From: Candidatus Latescibacterota bacterium
Lineage (GTDB): Bacteria; Latescibacterota; UBA2968; GCA-2709665
DNA length: 64,000 nucleotides
NCBI GenBank assembly: GCA_965222075.1
Contig: OZ244937.1
Location: 3,083,670-3,147,669, forward strand
Direction of reading: 5' to 3'
This document shows, one piece after another, positions 29,482-37,952 of this stretch. The notes under the pieces were generated by a model. It had not been told where the DNA came from and ran no database searches. It worked only from the letters and a program-made list of their open reading frames with translations. The position numbers and the translations under genes are program-made. Position 1 is the stretch's first letter. Every line of letters starts with the position of its first letter.

Positions 29482-29739
29482 ATGATAGGCTGGATCCTGG
29501 AACTGATGATCGGCTTCTCTCTGATCATCGTCGTAAGCGGAACAGTAAGCTACGTTCACCTGAGGCTGAAACGCGCCTCGAAGGGAGTGAATCCGGACCG
29601 GGCCAAGCGGATGGAAGCCCGGCTGGACACCCTGGAACAGAGGTTGACCGATATTCAGGACATTATCATCGCCATCGACGAGAAGCTGAACCGGGCAGAC
29701 TACCGACCGCCATCTCCGGTCCAAACAGACAAAGGATAA
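29482..29739 (+). CDS. PspB-like single-pass membrane coiled-coil protein (paralog 2)
   Basis: 85 aa. TM helix (IGWILELMIGFSLIIVVSG) then AKRMEARLDTLEQRLTDIQDIIIAIDEKLNRADY. GGGAGG RBS. Confidence 0.5.
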   Translation: MIGWILELMIGFSLIIVVSGTVSYVHLRLKRASKGVNPDRAKRMEARLDTLEQRLTDIQDIIIAIDEKLNRADYRPPSPVQTDKG

Positions 29740-29743
29740 CGCC

Positions 29744-29923
29744 ATGCTCTCCAAAATCCTCGGCATCATCTTGATCGTCATCGGGGGTTCCCTGGCCCTC
29801 GGTGTCCTGTTTCAACTGATCGGCTCAATTGTCGGACTGCTCTGGGCCATGATCAAACTGGCCATACCGCTGGTCCTCCTCTACGTCGGCTACCGGCTGC
29901 TCACACGGGAACCGGATTATTAA
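29744..29923 (+). CDS. Small membrane protein, two TM helices (59 aa), below ORF-table cutoff
   Basis: ATG 29744 to TAA 29921-23: MLSKILGIILIVIGGSLALGVLFQLIGSIVGLLWAMIKLAIPLVLLYVGYRLLTREPDY. Tightly packed between PspB-like paralog 2 and the ECF sigma gene. Confidence 0.4.
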   Translation: MLSKILGIILIVIGGSLALGVLFQLIGSIVGLLWAMIKLAIPLVLLYVGYRLLTREPDY

Positions 29924-29935
29924 AGGGGTTGAAAA

Positions 29936-30517
29936 ATGCCACAAACAGAAGACCGCGTCCTGATCCGTCGGGTGCTGGCGGGAGATCACTCAGCTTTTGA
30001 CACCCTCTACAAGACCCACCATCCACAGGTCTACGCCATGATCGCCCGTCGCGTCTCCGACAGAGACCTCACAGAAGACCTGGTCCAGACCACCTTCCTG
30101 CGCGCCTTCCGTTCCCTTAACACCTACCGGGGCGACGCGGCCTTCTCCACCTGGCTGACTCAGATCGCCTTAAACGTCTTCAAATCTCACCTCCGGGCGC
30201 AGCGGGTGCGGCAGACCTGGGTACACGAAACCGAAGACCCCGAACGGGCGACCGGAATCGACCGGGAGCCGGCCCCCTGTGAAAATCCCGAACAGGTGAT
30301 GCAGCAGAAAGAACGCCGAAAACTCGTCATACAGGGCATCCGGTCTCTGCCTGCGCGTTACCGCAAAGCGGTCTGGCTGCGCTACATCAAGGACTGGTCC
30401 TACGAAGAAATCACGCAGGCGCTCCAGGTGCCGATGGGCACGGTCAAAACCCGGCTCTGCCGGGGGCGCCGGCAGTTGAAAGGGGAATTTCGCAAACTGG
30501 GCCTCCAGGCAGTATAG
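29936..30517 (+). CDS. RNA polymerase sigma-70 ECF-subfamily sigma factor
   Basis: Region 2 (DLVQTTFLRAFRSLNTYRGDAAFSTWLTQIALN) and region 4 (SYEEITQALQVPMGTVKTRLCRGRRQL) are diagnostic of ECF sigma factors. AAAGGGG RBS. Confidence 0.9.
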   Translation: MPQTEDRVLIRRVLAGDHSAFDTLYKTHHPQVYAMIARRVSDRDLTEDLVQTTFLRAFRSLNTYRGDAAFSTWLTQIALNVFKSHLRAQRVRQTWVHETEDPERATGIDREPAPCENPEQVMQQKERRKLVIQGIRSLPARYRKAVWLRYIKDWSYEEITQALQVPMGTVKTRLCRGRRQLKGEFRKLGLQAV

Positions 30518-30586
30518 CGGTAGATAGACCTTGACAATCGGGCGGTATTATACATATCATGTCGGCCCGGACGAAAGGAGGCAGCC

Positions 30587-31192
30587 ATGGAAGCCTGGTG
30601 GACAAACCTGACCACGTTGAACCAGATCCTCTACCTCGTGGCGATCTTTTTCAGCACGCTCTTCGCCTGGCAGTTTGCGGCGGCCCTGCTCGGCCTGGGA
30701 GGGGGCGCCGATGTGGGCGGGGGCGACGCGACCGCAGGGGATGCCGGACCGGAGATCGACGACATGGTCCAGGACGCAAGCGTGGCCGCCTTCAAACTCC
30801 TGTCGGTCCGTTCCATCATCGCATTTGGCATGCTCTTCGGCTGGGCCGGCGCGCTCTACCTCCAGTCGGGCACCGAGGTGGAAAGCGCGCTCCTCTACAG
30901 CCTGGTCTGGGGGGCCGCCGCGATGGTCGCCGTGGCCTATTTTTACCACGGCATTCAGCAGCTCACCGAGACCGGCAACCCCAAGCTGGAGACCTGCGTC
31001 GGCGCGTCGGGTGAGGTCTACATCGACATCCCCGAAAACGGGATCGGGCAGATCCGCGTGGTGGAAAGCGGCGCGGTCTCCTACGTATCCGCCCGGGGGA
31101 AAAACGGCGCCCCGATCCCGAACAAGACTCCGGTATGGGTACGGCGGGTAATCGATGGGACCACGCTCGAGGTCGAACAAATCGAACCCTGA
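30587..31192 (+). CDS. NfeD-like membrane protein (YuaF-type flotillin partner; N-terminal TM helices plus C-terminal OB-fold)
   Basis: 201 aa. TM helices at N-terminus and middle. C-terminal beta-rich segment GEVYIDIPENGIGQIRVVESGAVSYVSARGKNG...VWVRRVIDGTTLEVEQI is typical of the NfeD OB domain. Sits directly upstream of flotillin, as in yuaF-floT operons. Confidence 0.6.
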   Translation: MEAWWTNLTTLNQILYLVAIFFSTLFAWQFAAALLGLGGGADVGGGDATAGDAGPEIDDMVQDASVAAFKLLSVRSIIAFGMLFGWAGALYLQSGTEVESALLYSLVWGAAAMVAVAYFYHGIQQLTETGNPKLETCVGASGEVYIDIPENGIGQIRVVESGAVSYVSARGKNGAPIPNKTPVWVRRVIDGTTLEVEQIEP

Positions 31193-31228
31193 ACCCGAAA
31201 GCCAACCCACCCCTCAAAGGAGGCTCAT

Positions 31229-32773
31229 ATGCCAAATCCGATGATCCTGACGATGATTTTAGTCGCGGTCGTGTTTCTGCTGTTCCTGACCTTCATCTCC
31301 AGGTACAAGCGCTGCCCGTCCAACAATATCCTGGTGATCTACGGCAAAACAGGGAGTGGTGCGGCCAAGTGCGTGCACGGAGGCGCGGCCTTCGTCCTGC
31401 CCCTGTTGCAGGACTACAAATACCTGGACTTGGAGCCGTTCGTCGTGCCCATCGACTTAGACAATGCGCTCTCCCAGGAAAACATCCGGGTGTCCGTGCC
31501 CACAACGGTCACTGCCGCCGTCTCGAACCAGCAGGGCATCATGCAAAACGCCGCGGTCCGCCTCCTGGGCCTGTCGCACGACCAGATCCAGAGCCAGGCG
31601 CAGGACATCATCCTGGGCCAGATGCGGGCCGTGATTGCAACAATGGAGATCGAAGAGATCAACCAGGACCGGCAGGCCTTTATGGGCAAGGTCAACGAGG
31701 CGGTCTCCACCGAGATGGAAAAAATCGGTCTGGCCGTGATCAACGTGAACATCAAAGACATCGAGGACGAAAGCGGATATATCAAAGCCCTCGGCCAGAA
31801 AGCGGCGGCCGAAGCAATCAACCAGGCGGCCATCGACGTGGCCGAGCAGGAGAAAATGGGCAAGGTGGGGGTGGCCGAGCGGGAAAGGGACCAGCGCACG
31901 GATGTGGCCGCTGCGAACGCGGCCGCTGAAATCGGTGAATCCCAGGCCGCCCGGGACCGGCGTCAGAGGGTCGCCGCCCTCGAATCCGAAGCCGAAATCG
32001 GTGAATCCCAGGCCGCCCGGGACCGGCGCCAGAGTGTCTCCTCTCTGGATGCGGAAGCGGTCCAGGCCGAGGCCGAGGCCGAATCCAAGAAGGCCGGCTA
32101 CATGGCCCAGCAGAGGGTGGCCGAGGAGGTTGCCCGGCAAAAAGGGCAGGAGGCCGCAAAGGCCGCAGACGGCGCCATCCGGGTCGCGCAGGAACGGGCG
32201 GAGAAAGAGGCCGAGGAAGCCCGGGCGCTGCGCGAAGAAGCGCGTCTGAAAGCCGAAATCGTCGTACACGCCGAAGCGGAAAAACAGAAGCTGGTGGTAC
32301 AGTCCGAGGCCGAGAAAACGCAGAAAACCCTGGTGGCAGAAGGGGAGGCCGCCGCCATCCTGGCCCAGAAGCAAGCCGAAGCCCAGGGCACGCAGGCCAT
32401 CCTGGATGCGAAGGCCGAAGGTTACAGAGAGCTGGTGGCCGCATGCGGCGGAAAAGATCAGGCTGCCGCAGCCTTCCTCATCATCGAGCGGCTCACCGAG
32501 GTGGCGGGCATCCAGGCCGAGGCCATTCAGAACCTGCCTTTGGAGAAGGTGATGGTCTGGGACGGCGGCAATGAACAGGGCGGCCTGTCCAACCTGGGCC
32601 AGCGCCTGATGGGCACCATCCCCCCGATGCACGATCTGGCCCGGCTGGCCGGCCTGGAGCTCCCTGAATTCCTCGGCAGAATGACGGGAAGCAGCGAGCA
32701 GCAGACGCACACGTCCGACAGCGGCGGTGGCGGTACAGCGGAGGCGGGGGGCCAGACCGGGCCGTCCACTTAA
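31229..32773 (+). CDS. floT: Flotillin (SPFH/band-7 family, FloT/YuaG-like) with internal 66-bp tandem duplication
   Basis: 514 aa. N-terminal membrane hairpin, SPFH domain, and a long EA-rich coiled coil. Near-identical 22-aa repeat AEIGESQAARDRRQ(R/S)V at nt 31925-32056. Confidence 0.85.
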   Translation: MPNPMILTMILVAVVFLLFLTFISRYKRCPSNNILVIYGKTGSGAAKCVHGGAAFVLPLLQDYKYLDLEPFVVPIDLDNALSQENIRVSVPTTVTAAVSNQQGIMQNAAVRLLGLSHDQIQSQAQDIILGQMRAVIATMEIEEINQDRQAFMGKVNEAVSTEMEKIGLAVINVNIKDIEDESGYIKALGQKAAAEAINQAAIDVAEQEKMGKVGVAERERDQRTDVAAANAAAEIGESQAARDRRQRVAALESEAEIGESQAARDRRQSVSSLDAEAVQAEAEAESKKAGYMAQQRVAEEVARQKGQEAAKAADGAIRVAQERAEKEAEEARALREEARLKAEIVVHAEAEKQKLVVQSEAEKTQKTLVAEGEAAAILAQKQAEAQGTQAILDAKAEGYRELVAACGGKDQAAAAFLIIERLTEVAGIQAEAIQNLPLEKVMVWDGGNEQGGLSNLGQRLMGTIPPMHDLARLAGLELPEFLGRMTGSSEQQTHTSDSGGGGTAEAGGQTGPST

Positions 32774-32778
32774 AAGGG

Positions 32779-34146
32779 GTGATTCCTTTGGAAAAAACCC
32801 GGGTCCAGGACGCCGACCTCTGCTTCAAAACCGGCCTGCGTGCCCTCAAACAGGATAAAAGGGCGGAGGCCCGGCAGGCCTTCGAGGGCGCTGTCGAGCT
32901 GCACCCGGACCATCTCAACGCCCGGTTCCAACTCGCCCTCCTCTACGCCCGGGGCGGCGCGCCCGGTTCTGCGGGCCGGCAGAAAGCCGTAGCGGCCCTG
33001 CAGCACATCCTCGGCGTTGCCGGCCGGGGCGTGCCCTGTGCGAACCTGGACCGGGTCTGCTTCCTGTTGGGCAGCTTTCTGGACGACACACCCGAAAACC
33101 GGGGGAAGGCCATCGCAATCTACCGTCGGGGGCTCGACGCAGACCCCCTCTTTGCCCCGGGGCACAACAACCTGGGTGTCCTGCTGATGCAATCGGGCCA
33201 GACCATCCCGGCCCTGGGCGCCTTTAAAATCGCCCTCCACTTGGAGCCCGATTACACCCTCCCCTACCAGAACCTGGCCCGCCTCCTCTTCGACCACATG
33301 AGCCCTGCCCAGATGGAGCGGGAATACACCTCCATCATCGAAGAATTTGGCGTTCAGGCACCCCTGGTCCTCTCCAGGCTCTCCCTCGAACTCATCGATC
33401 TGGGCCGGGCGCAGGTCTATGAGAGCCTCTACACCCGGGGCCACCAGATCAAGAACCTCATGGGCGTGGTCGGCAGCCGGATGCGCCGGCTGATCCGAGA
33501 ATCGTCGCCCGATGAGAAAGGCCTCGACGACCTCAAAGACATTGCCCGCGAACAGGAACGGGTCTACGACCAGTGGGTCGCCTACCTCCGCTCTATGAAA
33601 CAGCACCCCATGAACCCCACGCTGGTGGAGATCCCCCAGCTGGTCCGGAAAGCAAGCGAAAAGGTCGTCACCCGGAAAGGAAGAAAGACCCTCCGCTTCG
33701 CATCAGAAGCCCATGTTCCCCAGGTCAAGGCAGACCCCGGCATGCTCCGCGAGGCTGTCACCAACCTCATCCTCAACGCCCTCGAAGCCGTCGGAGAGGA
33801 TGGAAAGGTCACCCTTCAGACCGGCTACGATCCCAAACGCGCCTCGGTCTACGTCGAAGTGGAGGACAACGGCCCGGGTATCTCCAAACCCCTCCAGGTC
33901 CGGATCTTCGACCCCGGATACTCCACCAAAGAAAAGGGGAACGGCTACGGCCTCAGCATCTGCGCCCGGATCGTCTCGGCCCACCGCGGTAACCTCCGGG
34001 TAATGAGCCGGCCCGGCGCCGGCGCCGTCTTTCGGATTGACCTGCCGGTCGACTTCGAACTCGCCTCCGAAGAGGAGAGCATCGGCCTCCAGGGCGCCCC
34101 GCTGCAAACCGCGCGTCACCCCCTCGCCGAGGAGTTCATCAAGTGA
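32779..34146 (+). CDS. Cytoplasmic sensor histidine kinase with N-terminal TPR repeats (no TM segments)
   Basis: TPR repeats in N-terminal half. H-box (RGHQIKNLMGVV). HATPase_c G-boxes (VEDNGPGI, GYGLSICARIV). Annotated GTG start at 32779; TTG at 32788 has better RBS spacing. 4-nt overlap with the downstream response regulator. Confidence 0.75.
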   Translation: MIPLEKTRVQDADLCFKTGLRALKQDKRAEARQAFEGAVELHPDHLNARFQLALLYARGGAPGSAGRQKAVAALQHILGVAGRGVPCANLDRVCFLLGSFLDDTPENRGKAIAIYRRGLDADPLFAPGHNNLGVLLMQSGQTIPALGAFKIALHLEPDYTLPYQNLARLLFDHMSPAQMEREYTSIIEEFGVQAPLVLSRLSLELIDLGRAQVYESLYTRGHQIKNLMGVVGSRMRRLIRESSPDEKGLDDLKDIAREQERVYDQWVAYLRSMKQHPMNPTLVEIPQLVRKASEKVVTRKGRKTLRFASEAHVPQVKADPGMLREAVTNLILNALEAVGEDGKVTLQTGYDPKRASVYVEVEDNGPGISKPLQVRIFDPGYSTKEKGNGYGLSICARIVSAHRGNLRVMSRPGAGAVFRIDLPVDFELASEEESIGLQGAPLQTARHPLAEEFIK

Positions 34147-35549
34147 AGGCGCACATCCTCATCGCCGACGACCAGCCCGAAATCCTGGACATGCTCACCC
34201 GCAGCCTCCAGGCCGACGGCCGGACCGTTCAGGCCTTTCCCTCCAGCGCCAACGCGCTTGGCTATCTGCAAAAACACGCCCCGGCAGTCGACATGGCCAT
34301 CCTCGACCTCGACTTTGGCCCCGGCGAACCCGACGGCCTGGAAACCCTCCGGCAGATGCGGCAAGAAGCGCCCGACCTGCCCGTAATCATCCTTACCGGC
34401 AAAGGCACCGTGGAAACCGCCGTAGCTGCCCTGCGCCTGGGCGCGGCCGACTTCATTGAAAAAGACTTCTACATCGAAGACAGGCTTGAACTCAGCCTGG
34501 AAAAACTCGACCGGATGCTCTCTGTCCTCCGGGAAAATGCCCGGCTGCGGGCCGAAGTGGACGACCTCGACCGGGAAAACCGGTTCTACCGGGCCGAATT
34601 CGGAAAGCGCTACCAGGTCATCAGCGTCAGTCCCCAGATGCAGCAGATCATGCAGCAGGCCGAGCGCATCGCCTCCATCCCCCGCCCCGTCCTCATCCTG
34701 GGCGAACGGGGCACCGGCAAAGAACTGGTGGCCGCCGCGGTCCACTACGGGGGCGTGCGCAAAGACCGCCCCTTTGTCAAAGTCAACTGCGCGGCCCTCT
34801 CCGCCACCCTCTTGGAAAGCGAACTCTTCGGGCACGAAAAAGGGGCCTTCACCGGTGCGGTCGAGGCCCGCCCGGGCCGGTTCGAGGCCGCCAACGGGGG
34901 CACCCTCTTCTTAGACGAAATCGCCAGCACCACCCCCGAGTTTCAGCAGAACATCCTGCGCGCCATCGAATACCAGGAAGTACAGCGGGTCGGCGCTGCC
35001 GCGCCGGTACCGGTGGACGTGCGCATCATCGCCGCTACGAATGCCGACCTCGAACGGGAAATGGCCGAAGGCCGCTTCCGGGAGGACCTCTACGACCGCC
35101 TCCGGTTCGAAATCATCCGCATCCCCCCCCTCCGGCAGCGCCGGGAAGACATCCAGCCCTTAGCAGAGTTTTTCGCCGAACAGATCCTCCAGGAAGTCCC
35201 CGGCCTTGTACGCCGTCCCTTTTCAAACGCCGCCACAAAACGGCTGCTCGCTTACGGCTGGCCGGGCAACGTGCGCGACCTCAAATTCGCCGTGGAGCGG
35301 GCCGCCTGCATGGTCGCCGGCCCCGCCATCGAACCCGACGACCTGCCTCCCGAAATCGCCTCGGGCGCATTCGAACCCTCCGGTGAGGGATTTGAAGCGC
35401 AGACGAGGGCCTTTGAACTGGGCTTGCTCCGCCAGGCCCTGCACGCCACCGCCTGGAACCAGCGGCAGGCCGCCGCCCAATTGAAACTCAGCTACGACCA
35501 GTTCCGCCACCGCTACCGGAAATACGACCTGGACCGGGAAAAGCCGTAG
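34143..35549 (+). CDS. sigma54-dependent response regulator (NtrC family: REC + AAA+ bEBP + HTH)
   Basis: REC domain (phospho-acceptor D in AILDLDFG). Walker [15 protein letters not shown] motif ([15 protein letters not shown]), and C-terminal Fis-type HTH. Confidence 0.9.
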   Translation: MKAHILIADDQPEILDMLTRSLQADGRTVQAFPSSANALGYLQKHAPAVDMAILDLDFGPGEPDGLETLRQMRQEAPDLPVIILTGKGTVETAVAALRLGAADFIEKDFYIEDRLELSLEKLDRMLSVLRENARLRAEVDDLDRENRFYRAEFGKRYQVISVSPQMQQIMQQAERIASIPRPVLILGERGTGKELVAAAVHYGGVRKDRPFVKVNCAALSATLLESELFGHEKGAFTGAVEARPGRFEAANGGTLFLDEIASTTPEFQQNILRAIEYQEVQRVGAAAPVPVDVRIIAATNADLEREMAEGRFREDLYDRLRFEIIRIPPLRQRREDIQPLAEFFAEQILQEVPGLVRRPFSNAATKRLLAYGWPGNVRDLKFAVERAACMVAGPAIEPDDLPPEIASGAFEPSGEGFEAQTRAFELGLLRQALHATAWNQRQAAAQLKLSYDQFRHRYRKYDLDREKP

Positions 35550-35578
35550 CGACACCCAAACGGCCACCACCTTCCACA

Positions 35579-35610
35579 GGCCCGAGCATTCGGGCCATTT
35601 TATTGTTTTT
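35579..35610 (+). terminator. Rho-independent terminator after the sigma54 response-regulator gene
   Basis: GGCCCGA-gcat-TCGGGCC hairpin followed by ATTTTATTGTTTTT. Confidence 0.75.
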
Positions 35611-35646
35611 CGGTAAACACGGGGGGGCGACCCGAACGCGGCGCAT

Positions 35647-35686
35647 CCTGCCTGCCTGCGCCGGGCTGTGCTCGGCAGGCAGGCAG
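35647..35686. repeat. Perfect 12-13-bp inverted repeat CCTGCCTGCCTGC / GCAGGCAGGCAGG with 14-nt loop (stable hairpin) in intergenic region
   Basis: Seen directly in sequence. Located between the terminator and the epimerase promoter region. Confidence 0.5.
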
Positions 35687-35835
35687 AACCGATTCGATCA
35701 ACTCCGATAAGGTCTTGTCGTCCGCTTTGGTCTCGACTGCGGCAAAACGCGCCATCTGCGCACCAGAACCTGACCAACCCATCCGGTTTTATTCGCATTG
35801 GAGATGAAGAACAGGCGAAACAACAAGGAGGCCCC

Positions 35836-36588
35836 ATGAACATCGTCGTATTCGGCGCAGCCGGCTGGACGGGACGGGCCGTGCTGGCCAACCTGGCCGG
35901 CAGGCACCATGTCCGCGCATTCGACCGCGGCCCCGAGGCCTGGGAATCGTGGAAAGATATCGAGGGAGCGTGGGAAGGCGAAATCGTCCACGGCGACATT
36001 GCCGACTTCAACGCCGTCCACAACGCCATCGAAGGAATGGACGCCGTCATTCATACGGCCGTCTACTACAGCGGCGATATCGAAGATAAAAACCCCTTCC
36101 TCATCAACCTCAAAGGCCTGTGGAACGTCCTGGAATCCGCCCACCGGCACGGCCTCAACCGGGCCGTTCACATCGGCTCCTGCCAGACCGTGCACCCCAA
36201 AGGCATCTTCTTTACCGCCGACGTCAGACGCCCGGACGGCGGACTCTACGCCGTCTGCAAGCGCCTGCAGGAGGAGATGTGCCGCCAATTCCACGATGCC
36301 TTCGACATGCGCATCGTCGTCCTCCGCCCCCAGTACATCGTAGACAGCCGCCTGGGAATCGACAAGTACAGGAAAAAAATGGGGTCGGAGGAAATGCCGC
36401 TCCGTGAAGGCTGGGTCTGCCGGCACGACTTAGCCGAAGCCTGCCGGCTCGCGGTCGAGTCTGAAACCGTCGACTTCGACATCTTTCACATCGTCGGCAC
36501 GCCCGAGTCCGACAGAACCTGCAACGCCGCCCACTCGCGGGAGGCGCTGGGGCTGACATACAGAGGCAACCTGGAACAGTATCGATAG
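35836..36588 (+). CDS. NAD-dependent epimerase/dehydratase family protein (atypical short-chain Rossmann)
   Basis: N-terminal VFGAAGWTGRAV GxxGxxG. SDR-like extended family. AAGGAGG RBS. Start at MNIVVFGA; upstream ORF extension rejected. Confidence 0.75.
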   Translation: MNIVVFGAAGWTGRAVLANLAGRHHVRAFDRGPEAWESWKDIEGAWEGEIVHGDIADFNAVHNAIEGMDAVIHTAVYYSGDIEDKNPFLINLKGLWNVLESAHRHGLNRAVHIGSCQTVHPKGIFFTADVRRPDGGLYAVCKRLQEEMCRQFHDAFDMRIVVLRPQYIVDSRLGIDKYRKKMGSEEMPLREGWVCRHDLAEACRLAVESETVDFDIFHIVGTPESDRTCNAAHSREALGLTYRGNLEQYR

Positions 36589-36659
36589 CCATGATGGGTA
36601 GATTTCAAGCTTGAGCGTAGAACCGAACGCTCTGTTGGCCACGCTTAATGAGGTCCGCC

Positions 36660-37769
36660 ATGGCCTACGAACAGATTGATCATCGTCGCATCGCCCTCAA
36701 ACCCCTGTCGGACAGACAGAGTAAGTTCTCCGTCGACGAAATTCTCGTCGACCCGGACGCTCCTGCCCCCGATCCGGGACCGCTGGCGGACAGTCTTCAG
36801 CGCATTGCCGAACAAATACGCATTGCCCGTCAGCGAGGCGCCGCTGTGATGCTGGCCTACGGAGCCCACCTGATCAAGAACGGCCTGGGACCTACGGTGA
36901 GCCGCATGCTGGAGGCAGGCTGGATCACCCACCTGGCCACCAATGGAGCCGGTACCATTCACGACTGGGAATACGCCTTCCAGGGACGCTCCGAAGAAGA
37001 CGTCCGGGCCAATGTGGCCCAGGGGTGTTTCGGCACCTGGGACGAGACCGGCCGCTACATCCACCTGGCCGTGCTCACCGGCGCTTTGCAGGGCATGGGC
37101 TACGGCGAGGCCCTGGGCAAATTCATCTGCGAGGACGGCTGCGACATCCCCCAGAACAACGAACTGACGTCCGCCCTGAGCGCCTGGGTCCGCAACCCGG
37201 CCGATGCCCCGACCATGCCGGCCTACGCCGAGCTGCTCCAGGCCATGGCGCGCTTTGCCATCCCCCCCGGCCGCTGCCGGGTCGAGCACCCCTACAAGGA
37301 CGCTTCGCTCACAGCACAGGCCTACCGTCTGCGCGTTCCCCTCACCGTACATCCGGGCATTGGCTACGACATTATCCACAACCACCACCTGGCCAACGGA
37401 GCGGTCACAGGCCGTGGAGCCGACATCGACTATCGCGTCTTCGCAGAGGGCGTGCTCAATTTGGATGGGGGGGTTTTTCTCTCGGTAGGCTCGGCCATCA
37501 TGGCGCCCCAGGTCTTCGAAAAGGCCATGTCGCTGGCCAACAATCTGCGCCTGCAGCAAGGTGAGAACATCGTGCGGCCTTTCATCGTCGTCAACGACCT
37601 CTCACAGGTAGACTGGGACTGGTCCAAAGGCGAACCGCCCAAAGACGATCCGGCCTACTACCTCAGATTCTGCAAGTCGTTCAGCCGCATGGGCGGAGAA
37701 ATGACCTATATAGGTGGGGACAACCGTATCTTCCTTCACAACCTGTACCATATCTTGAAAAATACATAA
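36660..37769 (+). CDS. Deoxyhypusine synthase-like (DHS family) protein
   Basis: Matches to eukaryotic DHS signature segments: LATNGAGTIHDWEY (cf. VTTAGGVEED), IIHNHHLANGAVTGRGADIDY (cf. [21 protein letters not shown]), and WSKG near the catalytic Lys region. Confidence 0.5.
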   Translation: MAYEQIDHRRIALKPLSDRQSKFSVDEILVDPDAPAPDPGPLADSLQRIAEQIRIARQRGAAVMLAYGAHLIKNGLGPTVSRMLEAGWITHLATNGAGTIHDWEYAFQGRSEEDVRANVAQGCFGTWDETGRYIHLAVLTGALQGMGYGEALGKFICEDGCDIPQNNELTSALSAWVRNPADAPTMPAYAELLQAMARFAIPPGRCRVEHPYKDASLTAQAYRLRVPLTVHPGIGYDIIHNHHLANGAVTGRGADIDYRVFAEGVLNLDGGVFLSVGSAIMAPQVFEKAMSLANNLRLQQGENIVRPFIVVNDLSQVDWDWSKGEPPKDDPAYYLRFCKSFSRMGGEMTYIGGDNRIFLHNLYHILKNT

Positions 37770-37952
37770 AGATGAGCAACGAAAATCCCAACAGCGCTGC
37801 CGGGAACCACATCGCACGCTACGACCTGCACCTCCACGCTCCGCCCTATCCGCACGTCACAGACGTGGTCGTCGTGAAGGCCAACGCGTTGGTGCGGGTA
37901 ATGGCCTATCGTCTGGAACACGGCGAGGGAATACCTATCTAACGAGGCTCTC

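Noticed and set aside
31457-32710. 417-aa minus-strand ORF antisense to flotillin
   Set aside because: Antisense to a strongly supported gene; compositionally biased.
36645-37559. 304-aa minus-strand ORF antisense to the DHS-like gene
   Set aside because: Shadow ORF; Gly/Ala/Val-rich without motifs.
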